64,000 nucleotides of DNA from Candidatus Borrarchaeum weybense (GTDB lineage Archaea; Asgardarchaeota; Sifarchaeia; Borrarchaeales; Borrarchaeaceae). The notes below the pieces were generated by a model. It was not told the DNA's origin, made no database searches, and saw only the letters and a list, made by a program, of their open reading frames with translations. Each line of letters begins with the position of its first letter. Position 1 is the first letter of the stretch. The position numbers and the translations under genes are program-made. Positions 40,950-51,081 of this stretch are shown piece by piece. The DNA lies in NCBI GenBank assembly GCA_019057385.1, contig JAHQJS010000004.1, positions 1,234,539 through 1,298,538 on the forward strand, given 5' to 3'.

Positions 40950-41091
40950 AACTTCGATTTTTTACACGTTATATATGGTGCCATTAATAACGTTTTGTTA
41001 GTTTCACAAATTTCGCAAATTTAAAATATTTGAAAATCTCCTATTTACTATTAGAAAAATCTTCGCGATTTTGTCCTCCTCCTAGAAATGA

Positions 41092-41919
41092 ATGATCGTG
41101 TTAATTATGAAGAATCAGATACTTGGTTTGCTGTCTGATTTTGGCACCAAAGATGGCTATGTTGCTGCGATGAAAGGCGTCATTTATGAGATCAGCAGTG
41201 CAATTACAATAGTGGATATTTCTCATGATATTGATAAGCAAGACGTCCGACATGGAGCGTTCGTACTAGCTACAGCAGCACCATTTTTTCCAGATGAAAC
41301 TGTTTTTGTTTGTGTTGTTGATCCTGGTGTGGGAACCATACGAAAAGGGATTGTGGTAGAGGGAAAAGAACATCTCTACGTTGGTCCAGACAATGGGATA
41401 TTAATGCTTGCTGCTGAACATGAGGGGATTCAGCATGTCTACGAAATAACCAATAGAAAATACATGAGGCACGAAATATCTGCCACCTTTCATGGAAGAG
41501 ATATATTTGCTCCAGTTGCAGCTTATCTAGCCACAGGAACCTGCCCTGAAGAGATTGGTAAAGAGATATTTGACTATATTGTTTTATCGTGGACAAAAGT
41601 GGAAATAAAAAATAAGAAAATCTCTGGAGGAGTATTGCATGTTGATGGATTCGGTAACATAATCACAAATATAACCTTAGATGATCTAAAACAAGAAGGA
41701 ATTGAGTTTGGTGACGTATTAAATGTTCAGATCAAAGAACAAGTCAATAAAATTGCTTTTTATGAAACGTATGGAAAAACTCAACCAGGCGAATTTCTAG
41801 GATTAATTGGTAGTACTGGATTTTTTGAATTAGCAATTAACCAATCAAACGCAGCACACAAATTAGATGTATCTACAGGTGACATCATTACGATTTCAAG
41901 GAATATGCTCTCTCCCTAG
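41092..41919 (+). CDS. SAM hydroxide adenosyltransferase (DUF62)
   Basis: SDFG, VVDPGVGT.R, GPDNG, TFHGRDIFAP, DGFGNIITN. Confidence 0.92.
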   Translation: MIVLIMKNQILGLLSDFGTKDGYVAAMKGVIYEISSAITIVDISHDIDKQDVRHGAFVLATAAPFFPDETVFVCVVDPGVGTIRKGIVVEGKEHLYVGPDNGILMLAAEHEGIQHVYEITNRKYMRHEISATFHGRDIFAPVAAYLATGTCPEEIGKEIFDYIVLSWTKVEIKNKKISGGVLHVDGFGNIITNITLDDLKQEGIEFGDVLNVQIKEQVNKIAFYETYGKTQPGEFLGLIGSTGFFELAINQSNAAHKLDVSTGDIITISRNMLSP

Positions 41920-41994
41920 AAAACAAACGCCTAGAAAACCTATTAAAACAGAGAGTAGGTAATTAGAATATAAGGAAACTCACAACGAGGATGA

Positions 41995-42261
41995 ATGTTC
42001 ATGAAAGCATATTATCAAATTAAAGACCCTAGTTTCCCTTTAAAAGCTGAGATTTCGCTTGAAGAGTATTATGATAAACTTAAAGAAGAAGGTATCAAAT
42101 TTAACGATATTTATAAAGCATTTATGTTAGATGTAATGGATAAAGGAATAGAAAATAAAGATCTCCAGATAACTAAGGAAAAATCTCTTGCCAAACTCAT
42201 AGAAACGGTCAAGCAGGTTCCACAGTTTGAGACCAGTCTCAGGAAATTTTGGCTAGAATGA
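41995..42261 (+). CDS. Small hypothetical protein
   Basis: 88-aa ORF behind GAGG. Confidence 0.6.
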   Translation: MFMKAYYQIKDPSFPLKAEISLEEYYDKLKEEGIKFNDIYKAFMLDVMDKGIENKDLQITKEKSLAKLIETVKQVPQFETSLRKFWLE

Positions 42262-42296
42262 AAGACTACTTTCTCAAGTTTTTGTGTAAAATGAGG

Positions 42297-43016
42297 TTAA
42301 TCTATCACCTGAACTAGGCGTGGAAGTTTTCCAGCACATCCTACATGCTCTCCACGAATAATTAAGACTCCTTTTATCTCTTTTATTGATTTCGCTACTT
42401 CTAGTCCGTTTTGTATGGATTTTTGAACAGATTCACCAATCACAGCATTGCATACTGCAGTGGCACAAGCATCAGCGATGGCTGCATTTTCAGCAAAGAC
42501 GCAGGCTGCATCTGCGCATCCAAAACTAAACGCATGTCCGACGGTAGCAGAACTTGTGCCAAGTCCAAAGGGAAAATCTTCAAACTCAAGTCGAAAGCCT
42601 ATTCGTCCTGAAATGGTCGAATTTTCACCAGCATAGATTCCTATTGTTATTGGAGTCGATACTGGTTCATTCATTCTCCCTATAATCTCGCCGCCGTTCT
42701 CAACAACAGCAATTTTACAGCCCTTTTTCGTCATCATTTCTTCGATAGCAAAATCAGCTAATGCTCCAGCAACTGCTGCCATAGGGCCTACATTAGCAAT
42801 TTTGGCGGCATGAGCCATTGCAAAAACTATTGGAGGTGCATTGTTACCGACTTCAACGGGAGAAAAAGAATGAAGAAATTCCTCGTGTTGTGCAATATAC
42901 GCTGATAGCTGCTCCCTGTGTGATCTAATCGCGGAAAATGCTAGATCAATAGCTTCGTGTGTATCAGTTTCTATGAAAAGATCTGATTCTCCGATTTGCC
43001 TTTTAACTTTCTTCAA
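42297..43016 (-). CDS. UPF0280 / COG2122 ApbE-like protein
   Basis: VGPMAAVAGA, ENGGEI, TSSATVGHAFSFG.ADA; TTG 43016 overlaps the upstream stop (TTGA). Confidence 0.88.
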   Translation of the reverse strand: MKKVKRQIGESDLFIETDTHEAIDLAFSAIRSHREQLSAYIAQHEEFLHSFSPVEVGNNAPPIVFAMAHAAKIANVGPMAAVAGALADFAIEEMMTKKGCKIAVVENGGEIIGRMNEPVSTPITIGIYAGENSTISGRIGFRLEFEDFPFGLGTSSATVGHAFSFGCADAACVFAENAAIADACATAVCNAVIGESVQKSIQNGLEVAKSIKEIKGVLIIRGEHVGCAGKLPRLVQVID

Positions 43017-43423
43017 AGAGAGCTGAATGAAATGCCACCTCCTTGCTTTAATATAATGGCAAATCGTGGGCAAGAATCAACGCATATCGCACATTGGATA
43101 CACTTACTTTGATTGATTGCGACTGAAAGATCCTCTTCATAGTGTATAGCTGTTGTAGGACAGACTGAAACACATGCTCCACAGTCAACACATAATTCGC
43201 TATCAAGTTCAATTAATGAGCCAGTGTGTACTTTGACGCCTCTGTTTTTGAAACTCTTAACAACATCATCTGCGACCTCATTAGGGACTTCAATAAGCAT
43301 TTCGCCACGGCGGCCATCTACATATGCACGCAGAATGTTGAGTAGAACTTTTTTTTCAAGAATCATAGATGCGAGAATTGGTTTTTCAAACAAATCAGTA
43401 GGATAATCAAGAAGAATTTTCAT
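43013..43423 (-). CDS. NIL-domain 2x[4Fe-4S] ferredoxin (homocysteine synthesis partner)
   Basis: NIL motif, CVDCGACVSVCP and CIQCAICVDSCP; start ATG 43423. Confidence 0.9.
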   Translation of the reverse strand: MKILLDYPTDLFEKPILASMILEKKVLLNILRAYVDGRRGEMLIEVPNEVADDVVKSFKNRGVKVHTGSLIELDSELCVDCGACVSVCPTTAIHYEEDLSVAINQSKCIQCAICVDSCPRFAIILKQGGGISFSSL

Positions 43424-43427
43424 ATTT

Positions 43428-44927
43428 TCACCTCCAGACTTTTCCAACAATTTTCGAGATATCCTCACTTGTGATAATCCCCTGTACTTCATTTTCCAAG
43501 TTAACGACAGGTGCAGCAGAGATATCATGTATTTCCAAAGTTCTGGCAACCTCACCAATAGATTGTTCTGGATAGGCCACAATCACTTTTTTCGTAACTA
43601 CATTTGCAAGCTCATGTCTATTCGATGCGACAGCTTTTGCGAGGTCATAGGAAGTAACAATTCCGATTAGATGATTGTGAGCGTCGACAACAACAATGTG
43701 GTTAACATTTTGTTCAATAATTTTCTTGGCGACATCCTGAAGAGAATCAGCAAGATTACAGGTTGCAGCAGATTTCATAACATCCTTAACCAAAGGTTCC
43801 TTCTTTGTCAATTTCATTGGTTTGAACACTCGTTCAGTGGACAGACGTTCAACATATTGAGTAAGAAAGAACGTACCTTGCTCTATCCACTCCTTTAATG
43901 TGGCGGCAATCTCTCTTGCGTCCTTTAAACTAGAAATGGACGAAGTTTTCACAGTCTTTCCGTTTATTTCGATTTTTCCAGATTTAAGTTCTGCATATGA
44001 AACTTCTCGGAGCGTTGGTTTATTTCGTGGTTTTCCGTAGTCAGCCACATTAGTGGTAATTTTTTCATCACTCATACCCGTTGTTCTAGCAAGGTCAGTG
44101 TTTAAGATTGGAATTGGAATGCCTAATCCGACATACATAGATGTGCCGTATTTCGTAAAGGCTGCACCTTGGAGATATTTAGCATCCATTTGCTTGAGGT
44201 CACCTTTAACCATTATAGTTCCTAAACGTTGAGAGGGGTTATGTTGGGTCCCTTCACCAATGATGTAACCTATACCTCCACCAAGAAAGATTCTTGTTCC
44301 AATACCGATCGTTTGATAAGAGGGATCGTTATCTAATGGACTAAGACATCCTGATCCTGAATAGATTGCATTTTGTAAGTTCGGTAGAAGTTTTCCCATA
44401 TAAGTATAAAGAGTACTGCCGGCACTATTTGTTGCACAAGTATATCGCTGATACGCATTACGAGGATTACACAAAATTGCTTGATTTAAATCATCAATTG
44501 TGATTTCAGTGTCGATCAACTGTCCAGGATAGCAGTCAGTTGGATTGAAGGTAGCTTCGAGATGAATTGTTTTGCCTTTGAGTAGATCTTCAATAACATG
44601 CCCTCCACCATACTCGAAGGGTCGTGTTCTACTCATTTGAGTGACCCCTATATAGCAATCGACGGCAGCATTACCGTGATACGCCTCAACATCATTGAGA
44701 AAAACTTTGTTTAACTTTGTAGGGGGATCGGCATGACCAAAGTTGAAAAATGCCCCAGAACTACACATTGCACCAAAAGTTCCAGTCGTGACAACATCAA
44801 CCTCTTGAGCTGCAGTTTCTACACCATTCTGCTCCACAACTTTTATCATTTCTTCGGCTGTAAAGACAACAGCATCGCCACGAGCAATTTTATCATTAAT
44901 TTCATCGATAGTTCGAATAGTTGTCAG
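43428..44927 (-). CDS. L-aspartate semialdehyde sulfurtransferase (DUF39 + CBS; homocysteine biosynthesis)
   Basis: VDVVTTGTFGAMCSSGA, YGGGHVIEDL, NPRNAYQ, GEGTQH, C-terminal CBS pair; conserved RTIDEINDKI N-terminus requires a CTG start at 44927. Confidence 0.9.
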   Translation of the reverse strand: MTTIRTIDEINDKIARGDAVVFTAEEMIKVVEQNGVETAAQEVDVVTTGTFGAMCSSGAFFNFGHADPPTKLNKVFLNDVEAYHGNAAVDCYIGVTQMSRTRPFEYGGGHVIEDLLKGKTIHLEATFNPTDCYPGQLIDTEITIDDLNQAILCNPRNAYQRYTCATNSAGSTLYTYMGKLLPNLQNAIYSGSGCLSPLDNDPSYQTIGIGTRIFLGGGIGYIIGEGTQHNPSQRLGTIMVKGDLKQMDAKYLQGAAFTKYGTSMYVGLGIPIPILNTDLARTTGMSDEKITTNVADYGKPRNKPTLREVSYAELKSGKIEINGKTVKTSSISSLKDAREIAATLKEWIEQGTFFLTQYVERLSTERVFKPMKLTKKEPLVKDVMKSAATCNLADSLQDVAKKIIEQNVNHIVVVDAHNHLIGIVTSYDLAKAVASNRHELANVVTKKVIVAYPEQSIGEVARTLEIHDISAAPVVNLENEVQGIITSEDISKIVGKVWR

Positions 44928-45117
44928 AAAAACACCTCTGTCATATATTTTATCAGTAATATTTTTTGAAAGTAGAATGCTTTACGGTAATATTTCTCTT
45001 TTAAATGTTTCGCTCTAAAAAAAAGATAGCACTCGCTCAAATAAATTATCAAGAAAACGTCGTATGGGCTATATGATCCACATATGACAAGAAATCCGCT
45101 ATAAGAAAGAGAATTTG

Positions 45118-45510
45118 CTAAAAAAGTGTTTTTATCATTCTTTCCAGGAGTTTTTTCAAAAATTCCCGTTCGTTAGGTTTGATATTGGTAAGCATATTTT
45201 TCCATTTAGTTACTAGGCTTTCGTCAATACTTCTTGGTGAACAAAATTCTTTCTTACTGAGCGACAGGATATCTTCTAGGCTTTGAACACCAAATCGAAT
45301 TAATTCCTGAAGATAGTCCATACCATGAATACAATAATCATATTCAAAGCAATCATAACAAACTTCTCGCCTGTAATCATCCACAAAAAGAAATGTTCGT
45401 TGACAGAAGCTTTTATCACCTATCTTTAGTAACTTTGGGCATGGTTCATTAGAGCCCACACCAGTCAACCACTTTATTCTAAAAGCAGTTAATTCTGCTT
45501 CTACCAGCAT
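45118..45510 (-). CDS. Hypothetical Cys-rich protein with possible HhH-like C-terminus
   Basis: Five Cys; LIRFGVQSLEDIL; start behind GAGGGG. Confidence 0.6.
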   Translation of the reverse strand: MLVEAELTAFRIKWLTGVGSNEPCPKLLKIGDKSFCQRTFLFVDDYRREVCYDCFEYDYCIHGMDYLQELIRFGVQSLEDILSLSKKEFCSPRSIDESLVTKWKNMLTNIKPNEREFLKKLLERMIKTLF

Positions 45511-45758
45511 TCTCCCCTCTGACCTTTCTAATAAAAAACTTCACAAACCTCTATATTATTGTATATTACATATTCGTAATTATTCAAAGATATGACAGTG
45601 TCGATATTTATACATATATTTCACGGCAGCCCCATCATTGATATATTGAGAGGATGATTTACAAATGTAAATTACCTGTTGGCTAAGAAAATGAGTTTAA
45701 AGAAACAGATCTGAAATTAAAAAAACAAACAAAAAAAAGTAGGACTTAAAAAAAGGAT

Positions 45759-46379
45759 TTATTCTTTCTTTTTCAGTTTTATAGTGCTATATGAAACCAG
45801 CCCTGCGACTGTGAATAACGCGATGAAGATCGTTCCTAGGCATCCTTTTGTTTTTAGTGTAGCATTTGTATAATCTAGTCTCGCAGTAGCGTCAATATTG
45901 TCTGAATTTGACTCGAAATCAAGTTCAAAAAGAATACCACAGCTCTTCTCGACCCAGACTTCAACATGACCATTTGAATCCGAACTATAACCATAAACCG
46001 CTTCGTAGGTGTTGCCTTTCCACTCGTAGTCTGTTGTACCCTGTCCTTTAAGTTTGGACGCTGGTAGGATCCAAGGAGAGATCTCGTCTTCATACACAAT
46101 TTTGTGCTCTTCTTCAGAGAACCCATAAAAACCACCAGCTAAGCCACTCGTGGACATGTTTATTGTTAACAATTTGCCCGTAATTTCGAGGACACGAATT
46201 TCTAAGTCTGCGTCAACCTGCACGCCATTGAGGATACCTGAGACTTCCCAAATCATCTTGTCGCCTACTACCAAGTCACCCCAGTAGTCATCTTGTGCCA
46301 TAACTGCGGTGTTTGCTGCCATGAATAATAAGCAAAAGCAAAGAAATCCCGTTGCGATCATTCGGTGTTTTTTATTCAT
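45759..46379 (-). CDS. Secreted/surface protein with C-terminal membrane anchor
   Basis: Signal peptide, beta-rich body, GCLGT + TM + KLKKKE. Confidence 0.8.
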   Translation of the reverse strand: MNKKHRMIATGFLCFCLLFMAANTAVMAQDDYWGDLVVGDKMIWEVSGILNGVQVDADLEIRVLEITGKLLTINMSTSGLAGGFYGFSEEEHKIVYEDEISPWILPASKLKGQGTTDYEWKGNTYEAVYGYSSDSNGHVEVWVEKSCGILFELDFESNSDNIDATARLDYTNATLKTKGCLGTIFIALFTVAGLVSYSTIKLKKKE

Positions 46380-46550
46380 AAGTCTCTCACCTTGGTAAAA
46401 ACCGCACTCTTCATAAAAAAACCTTTCTAGCTTTGTATGTTTGTCAGCATATTATTGTTGAAGTGATTTTCGAAAGAGTTATTGAACATGGTAATCTTTA
46501 TGAAAAAAAGAAACACTATTATGTACAAATCAAATTGAGGAGGACCAAAT

Positions 46551-47426
46551 TTGAGTGATGAATTTAGTGTAGATGATATTAAGGAAGAGGAGGATGAACC
46601 AGAAGAAGAAAAGTTCGAAGCCGAGGAGATTGTTATAAACCTTTGGCGGACTTCGCTGCATGGTGCTGAAATAGGCTTAAAAAGAGAAATAGAACGAGCG
46701 GCAAAAAGTCGCCAGTTTACAAAAGAAATGGAGGAAACAGGAGACATTACTTTTAAAGATAAGAATAGAAAAGAAATCGTAGGGATAAACTTAGGCTTCT
46801 TTAATACTGATGGAAATAGTCCTCTCGGAAAAAAATATGGCAAAGATGCGGATAAGAACCGTCGAATAGTTGTCAAGACCTTTTCAGCTCTTACAGAAGG
46901 CGGCGGTGGAAGATGGACTGGTAGTATCGAACAGTCTTTAACAGAGTCTCTGGTGTTATCAGCAGGAGAGCGTGATGCATTACCTGCGTTTATTGTCAAT
47001 ATTCCTGGTTACGATTTCCTGACGCGCATTGTTCGGTCTCACACAATGACAGGACAACGCTACGTATTCCCTTTAATAGACGAAAAAACAAACGAAACAC
47101 GAATATTCGAGATCAGTGCGGCTAGAATGGCTCTTGGTTCTGATTTTAAAGTTAAAGAGGTCGCCACAGGAAAAAAAGTTGCAGATATTGACGGAAAACT
47201 GCTTGATTTTGGTGGAAAGTGGAACATCAAACTGAAGGACAAAGAATTATATGCTAATAGAATATTTCGACGCATACTTATTCTATTTACTTGCGTCACC
47301 AAGTGGCTACCAGAAGCAAATGAAACACTTCAAAAACTTCTTAAAGCCCTTAAAAAAGGATACAAATTTGACCCTACAGGAAATGAGATTTCATTATTCC
47401 GTAATCCGCGTCGACTCAGAAGATAA
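46551..47426 (+). CDS. Tubby-C / LURP-one / scramblase-like protein (tentative)
   Basis: Repeated beta units such as GSDFKVKE..TGKKVADIDGKLLDFGGKWNI followed by a hydrophobic C-terminal helix. Confidence 0.5.
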   Translation: MSDEFSVDDIKEEEDEPEEEKFEAEEIVINLWRTSLHGAEIGLKREIERAAKSRQFTKEMEETGDITFKDKNRKEIVGINLGFFNTDGNSPLGKKYGKDADKNRRIVVKTFSALTEGGGGRWTGSIEQSLTESLVLSAGERDALPAFIVNIPGYDFLTRIVRSHTMTGQRYVFPLIDEKTNETRIFEISAARMALGSDFKVKEVATGKKVADIDGKLLDFGGKWNIKLKDKELYANRIFRRILILFTCVTKWLPEANETLQKLLKALKKGYKFDPTGNEISLFRNPRRLRR

Positions 47427-47469
47427 GTTGTATAGCTTTTTAGCACTACTCAAACCAAAGTTTGAGCCT

Positions 47470-47522
47470 TTCTATTCTTTTCTTTTCTATTCTTTTCTCT
47501 TCTATTCTTTTCTCTTCTATTC
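47470..47522 (+). repeat. 15-bp tandem repeat TTCTATTCTTTTCT(C/T) x3.5
   Basis: Units start at 47470, 47485, 47500 and 47515. Confidence 0.9.
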
Positions 47523-47695
47523 AATTTAACTTTGTTCCTAACACAACACAATGTAATGGTTAAGGGTTAATCTGCAGATTAGGCAGATATATGAGAAACT
47601 TGATAAGTGTTAAATCTTAAAACGAAACCACATCTATTTATTTTAAAATTCTAGAAAAATCAGTAAAATACAATGCTATGAATGGTTGCGTTTAA

Positions 47696-48793
47696 ATGAG
47701 TGAAAAGTGGCGATTAATAGATCTTGGAAAGGTTGAATATTTAACTTCCCAGACAGTATATCATGCTGTAGCGTTGGCAAGAAGTGAAGGCGTCGTTGAT
47801 GATACGCTTCTCTTTTGCTACCCTGACAGACCATTTGTTTGTTTAGGCTATCATCAAGAGATTGAAAAAGAAGTTCGAGTCGATTTTTGCAAGAAAACCA
47901 ATATTCCTATTGTGCGACGTGTAATTGGCGGAGGCACTGTTTTATTGGATGATGGGCAATTCTTTTTCCAAGTCATGGTCTCGCGAAAAAACCCAAAAAT
48001 TCCGCTTACAATTGCCGGAGCGTATAAAACGTTACTTGAAGCTCCAGTACTCACCTATCGCGATTTAGGGATATCTGCGGAATACAAACCCATTAATGAT
48101 ATAGAAGTCCACGATAAGAAAATTTCCGGGAATGGCGCAGGGCAAGTTGAAGAAACAACAGTTCTGACAGGTAACATCATCCTAGATTTCAATTATGATT
48201 TAATGACCCAGATCTTCAAAGTACCGAGCGAAAAATTTCGCGATAAGATCTCAAAGAGTCTACGAGAACGTCTTACAACGTGTAAGAAAGAGTTGGGAGA
48301 ATTCCCAGATAGGAATCTCGTCAAAGAACTTTTAATAAAGAATTTTGAAAAAACCCTTGACATTCAACTCATACCTGATGAATTAACAGAACGTGAAAAT
48401 GAACTGTTACAGAATTTAAACGAAGAATACAAAACGGAAGAATGGGTGTATGCACCGAGTCATAGACGTCCTGAATTGTACGAAAAGAGGAAGGTAAAAA
48501 TTAGCGGTGGAGTACATATCTTCGAAACTGTCTACAAGTCACCAGGAGGCTTGATTCGGATCACAGGAGAATTGACCGATGATGAGATAATTAAAGATAT
48601 TCTCATGTCAGGTGATTTTTGGTTTTTTCCCGCAGAACGTCTTCAAGATCTAGAAAACGCAATCATTGGGCATCCTGTAAACGAATCCAAGTTATTTGAG
48701 GTTATTTCACAATTCTTTACAAAGTATAGTATTGAGTCTCCTGGCACCTCCCCCGAAGATATTGTTAAGGCAATTATTCTAGGTACTAGCTAG
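47696..48793 (+). CDS. lplA: Lipoate-protein ligase A
   Basis: VRRVIGGGTV, NDI, KKISGNG, C-terminal K.PGGLIR / GDF domain. Confidence 0.88.
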   Translation: MSEKWRLIDLGKVEYLTSQTVYHAVALARSEGVVDDTLLFCYPDRPFVCLGYHQEIEKEVRVDFCKKTNIPIVRRVIGGGTVLLDDGQFFFQVMVSRKNPKIPLTIAGAYKTLLEAPVLTYRDLGISAEYKPINDIEVHDKKISGNGAGQVEETTVLTGNIILDFNYDLMTQIFKVPSEKFRDKISKSLRERLTTCKKELGEFPDRNLVKELLIKNFEKTLDIQLIPDELTERENELLQNLNEEYKTEEWVYAPSHRRPELYEKRKVKISGGVHIFETVYKSPGGLIRITGELTDDEIIKDILMSGDFWFFPAERLQDLENAIIGHPVNESKLFEVISQFFTKYSIESPGTSPEDIVKAIILGTS

Positions 48794-48830
48794 CTAGCTA
48801 CACAAGTCATAGAGTTATATGAAAAAAGGC

Positions 48831-49112
48831 TTAGTCCCCTTCTTCAGGATAAAACTCTAGCATGGATCGATAATAATCTTCCATTTCTTCTTTCATTAAC
48901 TCTTTATCCTTCTTTCCAAGTTTTTTTGGCCCTTCTACAACGATTATTTCATCTTTTGGAGTATGTTCTATTTTCCAAACTACCTTATAATCATTGGCTG
49001 TTTTTTTCTTTGGTTTCTGCTCAAATCCGCAATGAGGACAATAGAAAACTGTTTTACTTTTTTGTTTCTTTGGCATTAGGAGGCCTTCGCACTTTGGACA
49101 GAATTCCAACAT
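48831..49112 (-). CDS. TFS/RpoM paralogue with only the N-terminal Zn ribbon
   Basis: FCPKCEGLLMP..CPHCG; acidic helical tail instead of the C-terminal ribbon. Confidence 0.75.
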   Translation of the reverse strand: MLEFCPKCEGLLMPKKQKSKTVFYCPHCGFEQKPKKKTANDYKVVWKIEHTPKDEIIVVEGPKKLGKKDKELMKEEMEDYYRSMLEFYPEEGD

Positions 49113-49457
49113 TCCCCACTCCAAATTCTTCGTGATCCACGATATTTGAGTCGTCTTTTTGATGTCATTTTTTGGTGGAAATAATAGGAATAACTTGAAG
49201 TGAAAATATACATACATTCCGTGTATATATTTCTTTCTATTTCAAAAGAGCAATACAATGCATTCAAAAAGATATCGTCCCTTAGAGTGGTGGAGATAAT
49301 CACAGTTGAGATATATTGACTTCATTCATCGAAAAACATTCTCTGTGATATTGACAAAAAGATAATGATTACAAATCACTAAATTTAAAAACCTGATTTT
49401 TATCGCTGCGATCTGAAGTATAAGTGCCTTGTAGTAAACCGTAAATAAGCTATTTTG

Positions 49458-50381
49458 TTACTTGTTTTTACAAGTTGTTTTAAGATAGGATAGCAGCAGT
49501 GGCATTACCATCGTAGCATCTGCTGTTACAGTTGTGTATTCAGCGGTTTTATTGACCTTTCCCCATGAAATCGCCTCGTCTAGTGAGGCACCCGATAAAC
49601 CTCCAGGCTCAGGTCGATCCATTGTTATTTGAATAGCATAACTTAGACTACTTGGAGAAAACTGCATTGCTTGGAATAAATAATTCTTTGGAACTCCTCC
49701 TCCGATAATACAGCAACCTGCAACCTTTGCATCCCAGGCAGTGTCAATCATATTTTTTAAGTCTTGAAATTGATTGAAATTGGTTTCTGGGAAAGCAAAT
49801 AAAACTTGTATCGCAAGTCCACAATCGGTAAAGGCAGGGCAATAAATAGGTATCTTTTTCTTTGCACAGACTTTTAAGATTGAATGAGGATGATTTGGTA
49901 ATTGATCACCAAGATACCAAAGGAAATCTTTAACGGAAATAATAGGCTCAAAACTTAGAGTTTTTATGAACTCCTCCATTGATTCATAAACCTTAGTGGG
50001 CATATAAACATCGTAGATTCTGCTTATTTTCTTATTAAAAAGGTCTTCATCTCGTTGTTTAGTATCTCCTTGAAGATGAGGAAATCCCAATGTTTCTGCT
50101 ATATCATGAGTTAAATTGGCACCGGTTGTAATAAGAATGTCAATAAATCCCAAATTAAGCATATCATGAATGATTTTTTGCATTCCTGCGGGAACCATTG
50201 CCCCTGCAAGCGAAAAAAACTTGACACATCCCTCTGTTTTAACCATTTTTTCATATATTTTACAGGCTCTCGCTAATCTCCTAGCATTAAATGCAGTTTC
50301 ATCTAGATTATCCATTAATTCCTTCAAAGTTTGATCTTGCTTAACATCAACTTGTTTGACTTTCTTATACATTTTTTTCAT
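49458..50381 (-). CDS. dys: Deoxyhypusine synthase
   Basis: TTGANLTHD, GGGVPKN, GGLSGA..EAISWGK. Confidence 0.92.
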   Translation of the reverse strand: MKKMYKKVKQVDVKQDQTLKELMDNLDETAFNARRLARACKIYEKMVKTEGCVKFFSLAGAMVPAGMQKIIHDMLNLGFIDILITTGANLTHDIAETLGFPHLQGDTKQRDEDLFNKKISRIYDVYMPTKVYESMEEFIKTLSFEPIISVKDFLWYLGDQLPNHPHSILKVCAKKKIPIYCPAFTDCGLAIQVLFAFPETNFNQFQDLKNMIDTAWDAKVAGCCIIGGGVPKNYLFQAMQFSPSSLSYAIQITMDRPEPGGLSGASLDEAISWGKVNKTAEYTTVTADATMVMPLLLSYLKTTCKNK

Positions 50382-50592
50382 TCCTTTTTCGGTTTTTATA
50401 AGTCAACGTCTGGATAAAGAATTCAATAATTCAATTTTCAGAGTTGTTAGACATAAGTTTAAGTTTATCGGCGGGAAATATGGCAAAAAATATGTACTAA
50501 GATTTAAGTACAAGTCCATTGATACTAGTGCAAAAACTTGCTTAACATTCAGAAATTCAACATATAGGAAAATAAATTTGGTATGAGGAAAA

Positions 50593-51006
50593 ATGAATTG
50601 GTCAAATATAGGAAGAATCGGTTTTGGGTTAGGTTATCTTGTTGCAGCAATCTTCAATCTTATTGTAACTCTTCGCACCCATCAAATACTCTGGGATTTT
50701 TTCATTGAGAATGCACACCTCTCCTTTTACAAAGATATTCTAGTAAACTTTATAATCCCAAATGGAATCCTCGTCATTATAATTACTGTTATTTTTGAAA
50801 TAATTTTAGGAGTTTTAGTTCTTAACAAATTGGTATTAGTAAGGATAGGTCTAATATTCGGCATACTTTGGGTCATATTTCTTATACCAATCCTACCCTT
50901 AGGCCCAGAAATGTTAACTAATATAATCCTAGCTGCAGTACAAGCTATTCTTCTCAGAAAAGAATATGAGACCACTTTTCTTGAGATGCTACGCGAACGT
51001 TTCTAG
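50593..51006 (+). CDS. Small 4-TM membrane protein (DoxX-like)
   Basis: Four hydrophobic segments, FEIILGVL. Confidence 0.65.
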   Translation: MNWSNIGRIGFGLGYLVAAIFNLIVTLRTHQILWDFFIENAHLSFYKDILVNFIIPNGILVIIITVIFEIILGVLVLNKLVLVRIGLIFGILWVIFLIPILPLGPEMLTNIILAAVQAILLRKEYETTFLEMLRERF

Positions 51007-51081
51007 CCATATAAGCACAAAAATATGCCACTTGCACGGCATTTTCTTAGAAAATATCATTTGTACAGTTTATGTATTATA

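Noticed and set aside
47470-47522. CRISPR array
   Set aside because: Contiguous 15-bp units with no spacers.
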